Shown here piece by piece: positions 32,970 through 45,433 of a stretch of DNA of 64,000 nt. The notes below the pieces were generated by a model, which worked only from the letters and a program-made list of their open reading frames with translations, was not told where the DNA came from and made no database searches. This DNA is from the human T2T-CHM13v2.0 reference genome, Homo sapiens. How positions within the stretch are numbered: the first letter of the stretch is position 1; the number at the start of each line of letters is the position of its first letter. Position numbers and translations under genes: made by a program. The stretch lies in the NCBI RefSeq assembly GCF_009914755.1, contig NC_060948.1; one strand, written 5' to 3'.

Positions 32970-34534
32970 GTAGGTTGTACCTCTGGTAAAGTGAATTAGC
33001 CTACCATGTACTTCTGTTCTTTCTGGATTATTTTCCATATCATTTATGCCTTATAAATATTTTAAATGATTCTTTATATTAATGTGTTACATTTTGTTAC
33101 TTTCTTTTTAACCCAGTTACAATCTCCCATGGGTGCAACAGTGCCTTTTTCTCTCTCAGGTTTTTGTGTGCTTAAGGAGTGGCTGGTCCACATAATAAGT
33201 GTTCAGTTACTTGTTGATAGACTGTGTAATCTAAGAAAGATAGTATTAATGTCACTTTAGAATTAGCATGTATCTGCGTAGGGTCTGCCTCTGGTTTTAC
33301 CAGCCACAAAAAATTTGTTGAAGAGAAACAGAAATGTTTTGCTGTTAATTACTCTTAAATAAGAATAGGAATAAAAAAAGAGTATTACCTCTAAAATACC
33401 TGAACTTCTTTCCCCCATTATACCTAGTTCTGAAAACATTTGAAAGCAGCTGTTCTAATGTTTCTGCCTAGTTTATTCTTTAAGGATAGCGATTAATCTA
33501 GCTCTTCTTTACTTGCAATGATTTCCAGTTGACTCCTCATATAAACTGCTGACTTCGGGATATATTCTCGGTCTGGAATGTATAGATTTCTGACCTATTT
33601 TACTGTACCTATAAATCCTGTGAATTTCTGGCATGTAATTTCTCTGATCCTGATTACTTTGATATTTAAAGTAGGATTTGACATACTCTATCACTTATTG
33701 GTGATAAATAACGTCTGTTTTCTTCTTAGTCCATTTTATTTATGTGTTAGTTTAAAAGACATTTTCTTTGATGGAAAATAAAGTAACAAAATAGTAGTGA
33801 AATAGTTCTTCAGTGTCTCTCATTTATTGACATTTTCTGTGTACTTGAAATGTGTAGGATATACCTCTTCTTCTTTTTTCTTCTCTGAACAATGGCTAGA
33901 GACAAAGCCCTACTTGTTTCTAACATTTACGGTGAGCCATTACTGAATTTGGGTGTATTCATGTATGCTGCTTCCTATATGTTTTCAAACAATAAGTATT
34001 TATCGAAACATATAAGACATCGTACTGTCCTTCTCCAGTTTTGGATTGTACACTGCCCTTAGTTTTTCGAAATGAAGTACAGAAAAAAAACATAACATCT
34101 GTAGGAGAACTACATATTACCCTGTAATATTGTCAAACACAAAACTATCTGGAAGTATATTGACAAAGAAATAGCAAATGTATTAACTTAACTTACATTG
34201 AGATCTGTCTTAATGGAGCCTTACCAGCAGTGTAAGAAACAACTTCTGGGTGGGCATAAGTACACAGTGTCAGTAAGGTGAACTTTGCCTGGTGAAATAG
34301 TCACTACTTTGTCATTTGTGTGTTCCCCCGCCCCACCCAAAGGGGCTTAGCACTTGACAGAGAATATTTATTTCTTCCTGAAGTCATTCATTCATTTAGA
34401 ATTCTGCATTGTTTTATATAGAAAATTAATAAATATTTTAAAGTTTTTCATTTTTTTTATTTTGGGAATAATATTTTTTTCTAATTTAAAAAGATGTTTT
34501 ACCATATTCATTCTTTCTGTAAACTTACTTTCAG

Positions 34535-34606
34535 ACATATCCTACTTATCCAAATTCACCAGGTCAGGTCACCACTGGGTGTCAGTTGCCTGTATGTAAT
34601 TATCAG
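34535..34606 (+). pseudogene. DAZ: Terminal exon-7 copy (TYPTYPNSPGQVTTGCQLPVCNYQ) downstream of exon 8; pseudoexon or alternative exon
   Basis: tttcag|ACA...TATCAG|gtaatt; intact splice sites, no stop. Confidence 0.8.
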
Positions 34607-35302
34607 GTAATTGAAGAGGGAGTAAAATGATTTGTTTTCAGATATTATTGAAGCCTTTAACTTGTTTATATGAATTTCCCAAATAGTGTGTCATTTTAAA
34701 CTAGTGAAATGTACCTAAAATTTAGGAAAACACTTGCAATGGTCTAGAATGAAGCCCTCTGTATTATTTAGAAGTAATGAATTAACATTTTGACAGGGAT
34801 ATACTTAGCAATAACTTTTCTGTAAAACAGTTTTCTGAGATTCGTTGTCCCCTTCTATATTTCAGCGTGTATTTTTTCATCTTTTTCATCTTTTTATCAT
34901 CCCATTCTTAGAGCACAGAATTCCAATTATATTTTTATTTTAAGCTTGCTGCTTCATGATAGTAGTTCTCTGGGCCTCTTTTCATAGATATGACTACATC
35001 TGTGACCCATAATCATATCTATGGTGATAAGTAATAAATTGAAAAAACTAGTATCCTTGAGATTTCCACAATGCCAACTCCAGAAAATTGGGAAAATGGC
35101 GAGGTTTTATGTATAAAAGTAACAAGAACATCAGGGATTAGAAACATAAAGTACTTCTTTTTTTTTTTTTACTCTGTTTCTTTCACTTTAATAACAAATG
35201 AGCCAGCATGATAAGTGCTTCAATATTGTGTATCTCATGAGTTTTTGAAAATGTGTAGGAATATTTTAATAGTTTTGGTTTCCTTCTTTTTATTTTTTTA
35301 AG

Positions 35303-35345
35303 GTGCTACCGCAGTGGCCTGTTGGGGAGCAAAAGGGGTTATGGA
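35303..35345 (+). pseudogene. DAZ: Terminal degenerate exon-8 copy (VLPQWPVGEQKG...)
   Basis: aag|GTGCTACCGCAGTGGCCTGTTGGGGAGCAAAAGG...; 3' part shortened before gtaaag. Confidence 0.75.
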
Positions 35346-36089
35346 GTAAAGTGAATTAGTGAAACGTATACTTCCTCATCTTTCTTGACTTTTTTCTATG
35401 CCATATATGCCTGTAGATATTTTTAAATGGTTCTTTATATTAATGTTTTATGTTTTGTTACTTTATTTTTAACCCAATTATAAACTCCCATGGGAGCAAC
35501 AGTGCCTTTTTGTCTCTCACATTTTTGTGTGCTGAAACAGTGGCTGGTCCACATAATGATAAGTGTTCAGTTACTTGTTGATAGATTATATAATCCAGGA
35601 ATGGCGGTATTAACTGGCTTTAGAATTAGCATGTATCTGCCTAGAATATGCCTCTGGCTTTACTAGCCATAAAACATTTGTTGAGGAGAAACCGAAATGT
35701 TTTGCTATTAATTACTCTTAAAGAGGAATAGGAATAAAACAAGAGTATTACCTCTAATACAACAGAGCTGCTGTCTTACATCACGATTGGATATTTGAAG
35801 GATATAGTAAGTGTTAAAATTCTCAAACACTCCCTTAACTACATTTGTTTCTTAGAATCCTTCTACCTCTGATTATGTTGATACCTGGAAGACGTTTTAA
35901 AACAAAAGGCTGCCTTAATGCATTTCAACTTTTCGTTTAAAACAAGGTTTCTGAAGTAACACAATTGAATTTCAACACAACCTACATTGAAACTTTTGAT
36001 ACCAGCTCACCTTTTTGAGGAATAAATAAGTAGCTTTTAAACGTATCTGTATTATCTGTTTAATTACACTTTCATTATTTTAAATATAG

Positions 36090-36203
36090 GCTTATTCAGC
36101 TCTTAACTGTCACTGTAGTGAAGTTGATACAGGAGGTGATGTTGTGCTAAATGAATGCTCAATTCATGAAGCTACCCCACCCTCTGGAAATGGCCCACAA
36201 AAG
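36090..36203 (+). pseudogene. DAZ: DAZL exon-9 remnant: AYSALNCHCSEVDTGGDVVLNECSIHEATPPSGNGPQK
   Basis: tatag|GCT...AAG|gcaaac; 114 nt, open; similar to DAZL AYSAVNYHCNEVDPGAEVVPNECSVHEATPPSGNGPQK; GC donor. Confidence 0.9.
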
Positions 36204-37111
36204 GCAAACATCTAATTTTGAATTTTTTTTACAATATATATTTCATATTTTTTTCTAATTTGAATGACTTTTTTTGAGAAGCAAACATTTTTGCCCAAAT
36301 TTAAAAATGTTAGCCATAAATCATGGAGCTTAAATAATGGACTGATAGTCAGCAGTTAATGTAAAGGTTGTTGAAATTTCAGATACCCCAAATTTTCAGT
36401 ATATACCTAAAGTTTCTGATTCAGCAAGTCCTTTCCTGTATTTCAGTTTCACTAATTTTAAAAAGCCATTCTTTAATAAATACTGTATTAATATGATTTG
36501 GCAGAATGCTATGGGAGGGTTTCCTCTAGAATTCTACTCAAAAGAAGAATTAGTACGAATTGTATGTCCCTTTTCTTTTACAACAGTTTTGATCTTAAGC
36601 AGTGAAAAATACCATTTAAATAAGCATTCTCTCCATAACATTATATGTGGCAGAAGTTTCCAACAGTGGTGAAGTCAGTAGTAATTATTCAAACACTGAA
36701 ATAGACAGGGTTGTTTCTTTTTTTTATCATTAGTGCAAATTTCTGTAATAACAGTACTGTCACTCCTGGCGTCACATATGTTCTGTTAGATAGGTGGGCG
36801 TGTGGAAGTAGTTGATGTGCTGGTAATATGTATAATACCCAAGAAGTCCCATTGCAGTGTAAATTCCTTGATTTGATATTGGATTTTAAAATGTGAATAA
36901 ATATGAAAACATAACTCTTACAGTATAATTGTCTGGTTTTGTTCTGAGTATGTTTTCTTGAAACATTGGAATTCACTTAGGGATTTAACAAATTCAGCTT
37001 TTTAAACCAGTATTCTATCGCTAAGGTTCTAAAATAATTCTTCGATTTGTCAGAAAACGTACATACTGAGGATATGTGGCAGGAATTATGAATCACATTT
37101 TTATGAATTTC

Positions 37112-37401
37112 TTTTTTTTTTGAGACAGGGTCTTGCGGTGTCGCCCAGGCTGGAAGTGCAGTGGTGTGATCTCGGCTCACTGCAACTTCTGTCTCCTAGG
37201 TTCCAGTAATTCTCCCTGCCTCAGCCTCCCCAATAGGTGGAATTACAGGCACCCGTCACCCAGCTAATTTTTGTATTTTTTAGTGGAGAAGGGGTTTCGC
37301 CATGTTGGCCAGGATAGTCTTGAACTCCTGATATCAGGTGATGCGTCCTCCTCGGCCTCCCAAAGTGCTGGGATTAGAGGTGTGAGCCACTGCTCCCAGC
37401 C
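37112..37401 (-). mobile_element. Alu (AluS-like)
   Basis: poly-T followed by reverse-complement Alu dimer ending ...GTGAGCCACTGCTCCCAGCC. Confidence 0.93.
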
Positions 37402-37541
37402 TCTTTTAGCATTTTTGCATTTCTTTGGAAATAAACTGATATGTTCATTAAACCATCAAAAGAAAAACCAAAACACACCCTTATTAAGAGTGAGTGAAAG
37501 AAAGAGTTGTCTTTACATTACTGAAAACTTCTGTGTTTCAG

Positions 37542-37605
37542 AAATCTGTGGACCGAAGCATACAAATGGTGGTATCTTGTCTGTTTAATCCAGAGAAGAG
37601 ACTGA
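37542..37605 (+). CDS. DAZ: DAZ exon 10 coding part: (R)NLWTEAYKWWYLVCLIQRRD*; exon continues to 37640
   Basis: tttcag|AAATCTGTGG...; TGA at 37603-37605; donor AAG|gtatga after 37640. Confidence 0.95.
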
Positions 37606-37740
37606 TAAATTCCGTTGTTACTCAAGATGACTGCTTCAAGGTATGAAAGGAATGGCATGCATAATTAAAAAGCACACTTGTTCCCTCTCAAGTTAGCTGT
37701 TTTCCTTGTGGCACATGTATTTTGGGCTTTCTTAGAGGAA

Positions 37741-38053
37741 TTTTTTTTCTTTTTTTTTTGTTTTGAGACGGAGTCTCCTCTGTCGCCCAGGCTGGAGTGC
37801 AGTGAGTGGCCCCATCTAGGCTCACTGCAAGCTCCACCTCCCAGGTTTACTTAACGCCATTCTCCTGCCTCAGCCTTCCGAGTAGCTGGGACTACAGGCG
37901 CCCACCACCACGCCCAGCTAATTTTTTGTATTTTTAGTAGAGACGGGGTTTCACCGTGTTAGCCAGGATGGTCTCGATCTCCTGACCTCGTGATCCACCT
38001 GCCTCAGCCTCCCAAAGTGCTGGGATTACAGGCATGAGCCACCGTGCCCGGCC
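37741..38053 (-). mobile_element. AluY-like
   Basis: GCAAGCTCC, ACGCCATTCTCC and ACCGTGTTAGCCAGGATGGTCTCGATC diagnostics. Confidence 0.93.
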
Positions 38054-38280
38054 TAGAACATTTAATTGAACTGTTGGCATTTGACTGTAACCCAGTAAAC
38101 CAGTGTGGGTTTTACCTGGCAGTATATTTTCTGCTGCCGAGCCTTGATATAATGTAGTCAAATTTAGGGAAGAATCCTGCAGCAGAAATTTGTAATTGAA
38201 AGGGTTTACTAGAGAAGAGAGTTAGTTGACTACCTTGACCAAATAGTAAAATAAAATTTTAGATACAGAAAGGAGATCTT

Positions 38281-38567
38281 GGCTGGGTGCAGAGGCTCAC
38301 GCCTGTAATCCCAACACTTTGGGGGGCTGAGGTGGGTGGATTGCTTGAGCTCAGGAGTTCGAGGCCACCCTGGGTAACAAGGCAAAACACCATCTCTACA
38401 AAAAAATACAAAAATCAGCCAGTTGTGATGGTACATGCCTGTAGTGCCAACTACTCCAGAGGAGTCTGAGGCAGGAGGATCGCTTGAGCCTGGGAAGTTG
38501 AGGCTGCACTGAGCCATGATTGTGCCGTTGTAGTCCAGCCTGGGCAACAGAGTGAGAGACCTTGTCT

Positions 38568-38606
<39 letters not shown>
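38281..38606 (+). mobile_element. AluJ-like with ~38-nt pure A tail
   Basis: GGATTGCTTGAGCTCAGGAG and GGAGGATCGCTTGAGCCTGGG diagnostics. Confidence 0.92.
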
Positions 38607-38609
<3 letters not shown>

Positions 38610-38989
38610 GAACTTAATACATGCATATTGGACTAAAGAGAAGAAAAGAAATGATTTACTCAGATGATACACCTGAACAGTGTGAAGGGAGAAAAGGGGT
38701 AAAATGAAGCAGTAAAAAGTTGAGTAGAAAGAGAGGTTGATTCAGAGTTGGTGAAGCGGAAGAGAATGTGGCTAGTTGAATTCCAGAAAGATCTGACTTC
38801 TGATCCCACTTTCTATCCATGTTGGATAGATAAATCTTTTATTAAGGCTCTAATTCTTACAAGTCTAAAATGAGAAGGTACAGGACTAAAGGTTTCTGGG
38901 TCCCTGTGGTTCTAAGTCTATAAATACGAAAAAGAACTAACTTGGTCAGTCCGGTGGGAGAAAAATATTATGGTTAATAAAGGGAAGGT

Positions 38990-39600
38990 GTTTTTTAAAT
39001 AACAATTTTATTAAAATAATACCAGTAATACAATTTATGTATTTAAAATGTGCACTTCACTGTTTTTTCATATATTCAAAGTTGTGCAACCATGTCCACA
39101 ATCAATTTTAGAATACTTAAATCACCTCAAAAATCACCCCCGTACCTTAGCAGTCACCTGCTATTTTCCTGGAACTTGTGTGTATCCCTAGGCAAACACT
39201 AATTTACTTTTTTCCTCTAAGGATTTTCCTGTCCTGGAGATTTCTTGTATATGGAATCATACATAATGATGTGGCATTTTGTGACTGGATTTTTTCACTC
39301 AGCATAATGTTTGTAAGGTTCATCAATATTCTAGCACGTATCAGAACTTAATCATTTCTTTTTATTTGTAGATATTACCTTATTCTGTTTATGCATTCAT
39401 CTGTTAAAGACATTTGGATTATTTCCACTTTTTAGCTGTTATAACTAATGCTGTGAACATTCATGTACAAGTTACTGTGGGGACATACGTGCTTACCTCT
39501 CTTGCGTATATACTTGGGAATGGAATTGCTAAGTCATATTTAACCTTTAGTGGAACTGCCAGATTTGTCAAAACTGGCTACACACTTTACATTCAAAAGA
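38990..39600 (-). mobile_element. Old L1 (L1MB-like) 3' fragment; boundaries approximate
   Basis: TGGAATCATACA...TTTTCACTCAGCATAATGTTT...GTGAACATTCATGTACAAG motifs. Confidence 0.7.
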
Positions 39601-39959
39601 AAATGTTTAACCATCACTTTGTGTCTTACAACAGAACTAGCTTATTTTTGTCTGTGAATGGATATGGGATGAAGCCTAAGCCTTTTTAAAGGGTTATATT
39701 ATGAATCTTCTGTATAATGTAGAAGAGTAGAGCCAGATAGCAGAATTAAGTTCTTAACATCTTTGCAACATGGAGTAAATATATTTAAATTTGACATTTG
39801 TTCTCTTGTTGCTTCGTTCTATATAGATAGTACAATTTAGAAAAGAAAGAACTGGAATTGTACATCAGCTTATCTTGCCGAAAATTCTGATTACATTGGT
39901 GTCTACAGTAGTACTTAAGTGATTTTCAAAGCAGAAGATAGTTTTTTGTGTTTCTTTCT

Positions 39960-40564
<605 letters not shown>

Positions 40565-41614
40565 AGAAAATATTTTTTTAAACTTGAGTTCTCACCTGGT
40601 GGTAGACAAAAGACTCGCTTTGAAACTTCCAGAGTTTTCTGCTTATTTGGGAGAGGAATCAGAAGTTGGCATCCTGCAGTTGTCTGACATTTAGACCTAT
40701 TTTAATTGACTGCACGTTGTTATATTGAATTAGAATGCCTGAGATATTTTTGAATGTATTTACAATTTCCATAGCCGATTTCTCTTCATTGTCTTAGTTA
40801 TCTAGCCCTTTCACAATCTTGTTTCCTACATGACCTCTGAATATACATGTTGGTGACCAGTTTTCTAGATTTTAACCTAAATTGATTATCACTCTTTTGA
40901 CAGATGAGGTAACTTCCAGAAGCCACTTTTATTTATATGAAAATGAAACTGAAGTCTTAAAAAAAGGGCACAGCTTTGTAGAAAAGGAAATGTTATTACT
41001 CGTTCACTCATTCCCATTCCTCCTTGTAAGACCTCTCACTTCTCTCTGCACGTCTGCAGGCAACATAGAGTGAAAAGAAAGTTTTGCATGTATTTTAAAG
41101 TTTTATCTTCCTTTCTAAAGAATGATATGTCTTCACAGGTTAATGATATGTTCTTCAAATGCCAAAACTTACATATTTTAATCTAAAAACACGAAATTTC
41201 AGATTGGAGAGCAGTTCGCAAGCTGTAGTTGGTATTAAATGCAGTTCAATTAGTGAAAAAAGTATTCTTTACAATTACATTTTCTACCAGCTGTCTTTGG
41301 GACATTACTGCAAAATTATTAACTAAGAAGTACATAAAATGATACTGAGTTTAAGTCCTTTTATTTCTCAGTTTACTGGAATTTGTTTTATTTAATTATT
41401 GATTTCTTTTTTTAACTGTTTAATAAAACTAGCCATCTTGGTACATTTGTTATCCCAGTGTTCAAATATGCTTCCTGAAAAGAATCATCTTTTTTTCTCA
41501 TTATTTATAATGTTTAAACCCAAAACAAATGGTTTAAGTTTTGACAACTTTCAGATCCATAGTAGTCATCAGAAATTTTCAGTAAAATAAAAGGACTATT
41601 TCTGTCTTTTCCAG

Positions 41615-43470
41615 GGTAAAAGAGTGCATCGCTTTAGAAGAAGTTTGGCAGTATTTAAATCTGTTGGATCCTCTCAGCTATCTAGTTTCATGGGAAGTTG
41701 CTGGTTTTGAATATTAAGCTAAAAGTTTTCCACTATTACAGAAATTCTGAATTTTGGTAAATCACACTGAAACTTTCTGTATAACTTGTATTATTAGACT
41801 CTCTAGTTTTATCTTAACACTGAAACTGTTCTTCATTAGATGTTTATTTAGAACCTGGTTCTGTGTTTAATATATAGTTTAAAGTAACAAATAATCGAGA
41901 CTGAAAGAATGTTAAGATTTATCTGCAAGGATTTTTAAAAAATTGAAACTTGCATTTTAAGTGTTTAAAAGCAAATACTGACTTTCAAAAAAGTTTTTAA
42001 AACCTGATTTGAAAGCTAACAATTTTGATAGTCTGAACACAAGCATTTCACTTCTCCAAGAAGTACCTGTGAACAGTACAATATTTCAGTATTGAGCTTT
42101 GCATTTATGATTTATCTAGAAATTTACCTCAAAAGCAGAATTTTTAAAACTGCATTTTTAATCAGTGGAACTCAATGTATAGTTAGCTTTATTGAAGTCT
42201 TATCCAAACCCAGTAAAACAGATTCTAAGCAAACAGTCCAATCAGTGAGTCATAATGTTTATTCAAAGTATTTTATCTTTTATCTAGAATCCACATATGT
42301 ATGTCCAATTTGATTGGGATAGTAGTTAGGATAACTAAAATTCTGGGCCTAATTTTTTAAAGAATCCAAGACAAACTAAACTTTACTGGGTATATAACCT
42401 TCTCAATGAGTTACCATTCTTTTTTATAAAAAAAATTGTTCCTTGAAATGCTAAACTTAATGGCTGTATGTGAAATTTGCAAAATACTGGTATTAAAGAA
42501 CGCTGCAGCTTTTTTATGTCACTCAAAGGTTAATCGGAGTATCTGAAAGGAATTGTTTTTATAAAAACATTGAAGTATTAGTTACTTGCTATAAATAGAT
42601 TTTTATTTTTGTTTTTTAGCCTGTTATATTTCCTTCTGTAAAATAAAATATGTCCAGAAGAGGCATGTTGTTTCTAGATTAGGTAGTGTCCTCATTTTAT
42701 ATTGTGACCACACAGCTAGAGCACCAGAGCCCTTTTGCTATACTCACAGTCTTGTTTTCCCAGCCTCTTTTACTAGTCTTTCAGGAGGTTTGCTCTTAGA
42801 ACTGGTGATGTAAAGAATGGAAGTAGCTGTATGAGCAGTTCAAAGGCCAAGCCGTGGAATGGTAGCAATGGGATATAATACCTTTCTAAGGGAAACATTT
42901 GTATCAGTATCATTTGATCTGCCATGGACATGTGTTTAAAGTGGCTTTCTGGCCCTTCTTTCAATGGCTTCTTCCCTAAAACGTGGAGACTCTAAGTTAA
43001 TGTCGTTACTATGGGCCATATTACTAATGCCCACTGGGGTCTATGATTTCTCAAAATTTTCATTCGGAATCCGAAGGATACAGTCTTTAAACTTTAGAAT
43101 TCCCAAGAAGGCTTTATTACACCTCAGAAATTGAAAGCACCATGACTTTGTCCATTAAAAAATTATCCATAGTTTTTTTAGTGCTTTTAACATTCCGACA
43201 TACATCATTCTGTGATTAAATCTCCAGATTTCTGTAAATGATACCTACATTCTAAAGAGTTAATTCTAATTATTCCGATATGACCTTAAGGAAAAGTAAA
43301 GGAATAAATTTTTGTCTTTGTTGAAGTATTTAATAGAGTAAGGTAAAGAAGATATTAAGTCCCTTTCAAAATGGAAAATTAATTCTAAACTGAGAAAAAT
43401 GTTCCTACTACCTATTGCTGATACTGTCTTTGCATAAATGAATAAAAATAAACTTTTTTTCTTCAAATGT
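41615..43470 (+). other. DAZ: DAZ exon 11 (3' UTR; homolog of the DAZL last coding exon plus UTR)
   Basis: ttttccag|GGTAAAAGAGTGCATCGC translates GKRVHRFRRSLAVFKSV, similar to DAZL DKRVHHFRRSRAMLKSV; ends near tandem AATAAA; 3' end approximate. Confidence 0.88.
43441..43452 (+). terminator. Distal polyadenylation signals (AATAAA x2)
   Basis: AATAAAAATAAA followed by a GT/T-rich element TGTGTTTTTGGCTTT. Confidence 0.8.
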
Positions 43471-45355
43471 GTTTTTGGCTTTCCGATGTAATAATGTAAA
43501 ATGGTGGGGAGTTGCGTGGGAACTGTGTAACAAGGTTTAAATTCGTATAACAAGCTTTAGATTCTTAAAATGCAGAAGTATAAAGTTCAGTATACTAATC
43601 TGTCTGAGTTAGCCCATAAAAGCAAATGTAGGTACAAAGATAAGTTTAAGAGGTGCATCAACAGCAGTGCAGACTAGGAATGCTGATGAACACATCCGAC
43701 TCTGCTATCTCACGGCTAAGGTCCCTCACATTTTGGACCCTATGAAGCATTTTGTCTACTGTACACTTTGGGCCTAGTCTCTAGATCATTTATTTCGGGG
43801 TATTGCAGTTGCCTAAGGGAGCTTAATTTTTTTATATTGCAGGTACTTCCTGTGGATACCATAAAAAAAAAAATCAGTACCGCTTCTTCTAGCTTTAGTG
43901 TTAGTACTCAGTTCTATAAGCTGAGTCCAGTGGAGAGGAAACTCCTCAGACACTCTATTAGTTAGTAAGCTTGCTGATTCATAACCAGAAAGTTGACTCC
44001 AAGGATACGCAGGATAGCAAACAGTGCTTTCTGCATCACCAAAGATTAAATTGTGATGTTTAGTGTCCAATAATAGGCAAAAAATTAGTAATTCTTTTAT
44101 GTGCCTATGTGTATATATGTGTACATATGTGTCTATATATGCATATATTTATGGTTATGTACATACTAACGATTATCCAGAATATTTGGTTCTAGCTGAT
44201 CAAGCTAGTAGGTTTTCAGTATTTTCAGACCCCAAAACTAGACTACATATGGTTTAAGATAGTTGCTTTACACCAGCTTGTTTCTAGTTTCCTATTAAAT
44301 TATTACCACAAAAATCTTTGGAATTGAAAAATAACAGTTAAGCACTTTTTTGTAAAAAGTTCAAGTTATGGTGAAATCAAGCAGCTCTAAAAAGGTTGGT
44401 CACCTCCTTAAGTGTATTCTGCATGTTGGTTTTTTTCTTTTTCTAAAATCAGATTACCTTTAATTCAAAATAACTTCAGAATTGGTAGTACCTGTCTGGC
44501 AAGGAAGTCATTGACTCTTAAAAATAAATACTCCACAGCATTTCCCTCTCGTTATAAAGCACCTCTAGCCCCCTCTTCACTAAATTTTTCTTGGCTTTTT
44601 TTTAAAGGTAAACTGATAAAAATGGGCTGCCACATTGCTTAATCGCCTTGCCTGCTTTCCTTGCTGTCAGTTGAGGGTAATGAGGAGCAGCAACGATAAG
44701 GCAGCGTGCCACCTTGCTTTCACAAAGATGCCAATAGAGAAAGTGGGGAAACATAAGGGAGAAAAAAGTAGCAGTATTTTACATTGACCAAGTCTTGTGA
44801 ATGGGCCAGCTATTGAGTATGATCATTTGGAATCCCTAGATAAGGATTGCTCCTGTACATATTTTGATAAGTGTAATCTATCCCTTCCCAACATGTGTAG
44901 TATGTCTCTGTATGTAACTGATTGTTGTGAGCAATTCCTTGCCACTCACCAAAGACAGAACTTTCCATCTGTAGACAGTACATTTTGTAGTAGAAAACAA
45001 TAGACATAAGAAGTTCAAACTATAAACATGTTTTTGAATGCTCATGCAAGATAATCTGCATAGCAAAGAAATAATAGACAATTCAACATTGCATTTAGAG
45101 TTAAAAACATCTGTCCAGTATGGATGTAGCTGTGGGCCAATCCTAAGTAAACGCAAAAAAAAAAAAAAAAAAAAATTGTCTCTTGGTACAGAAGTTGAAA
45201 CTACCACTCTACCACTGTACAATTAAACTCTATGGTCGCTGTATTTTACGTTTTTAACTGGTCTGAAACAGTTCTCTAGTTAAGTCTGTAGTTCGTTTTC
45301 CCAAGACAAGGCTTTGTATCTTACGTGCACCTTCATTAATGCTGCATGCCAGGAA

Positions 45356-45433
45356 TTCCACATGAAACTTCAAGATGCCGGTTCACTAGGTCTTTTCCAC
45401 ATGAAACTTCAAGATACCGGTTCACTAGGTCTT
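45356..45433. repeat. 39-bp tandem duplication (2 copies, 1 mismatch)
   Basis: TTCCACATGAAACTTCAAGAT(G/A)CCGGTTCACTAGGTCTT x2. Confidence 0.95.
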
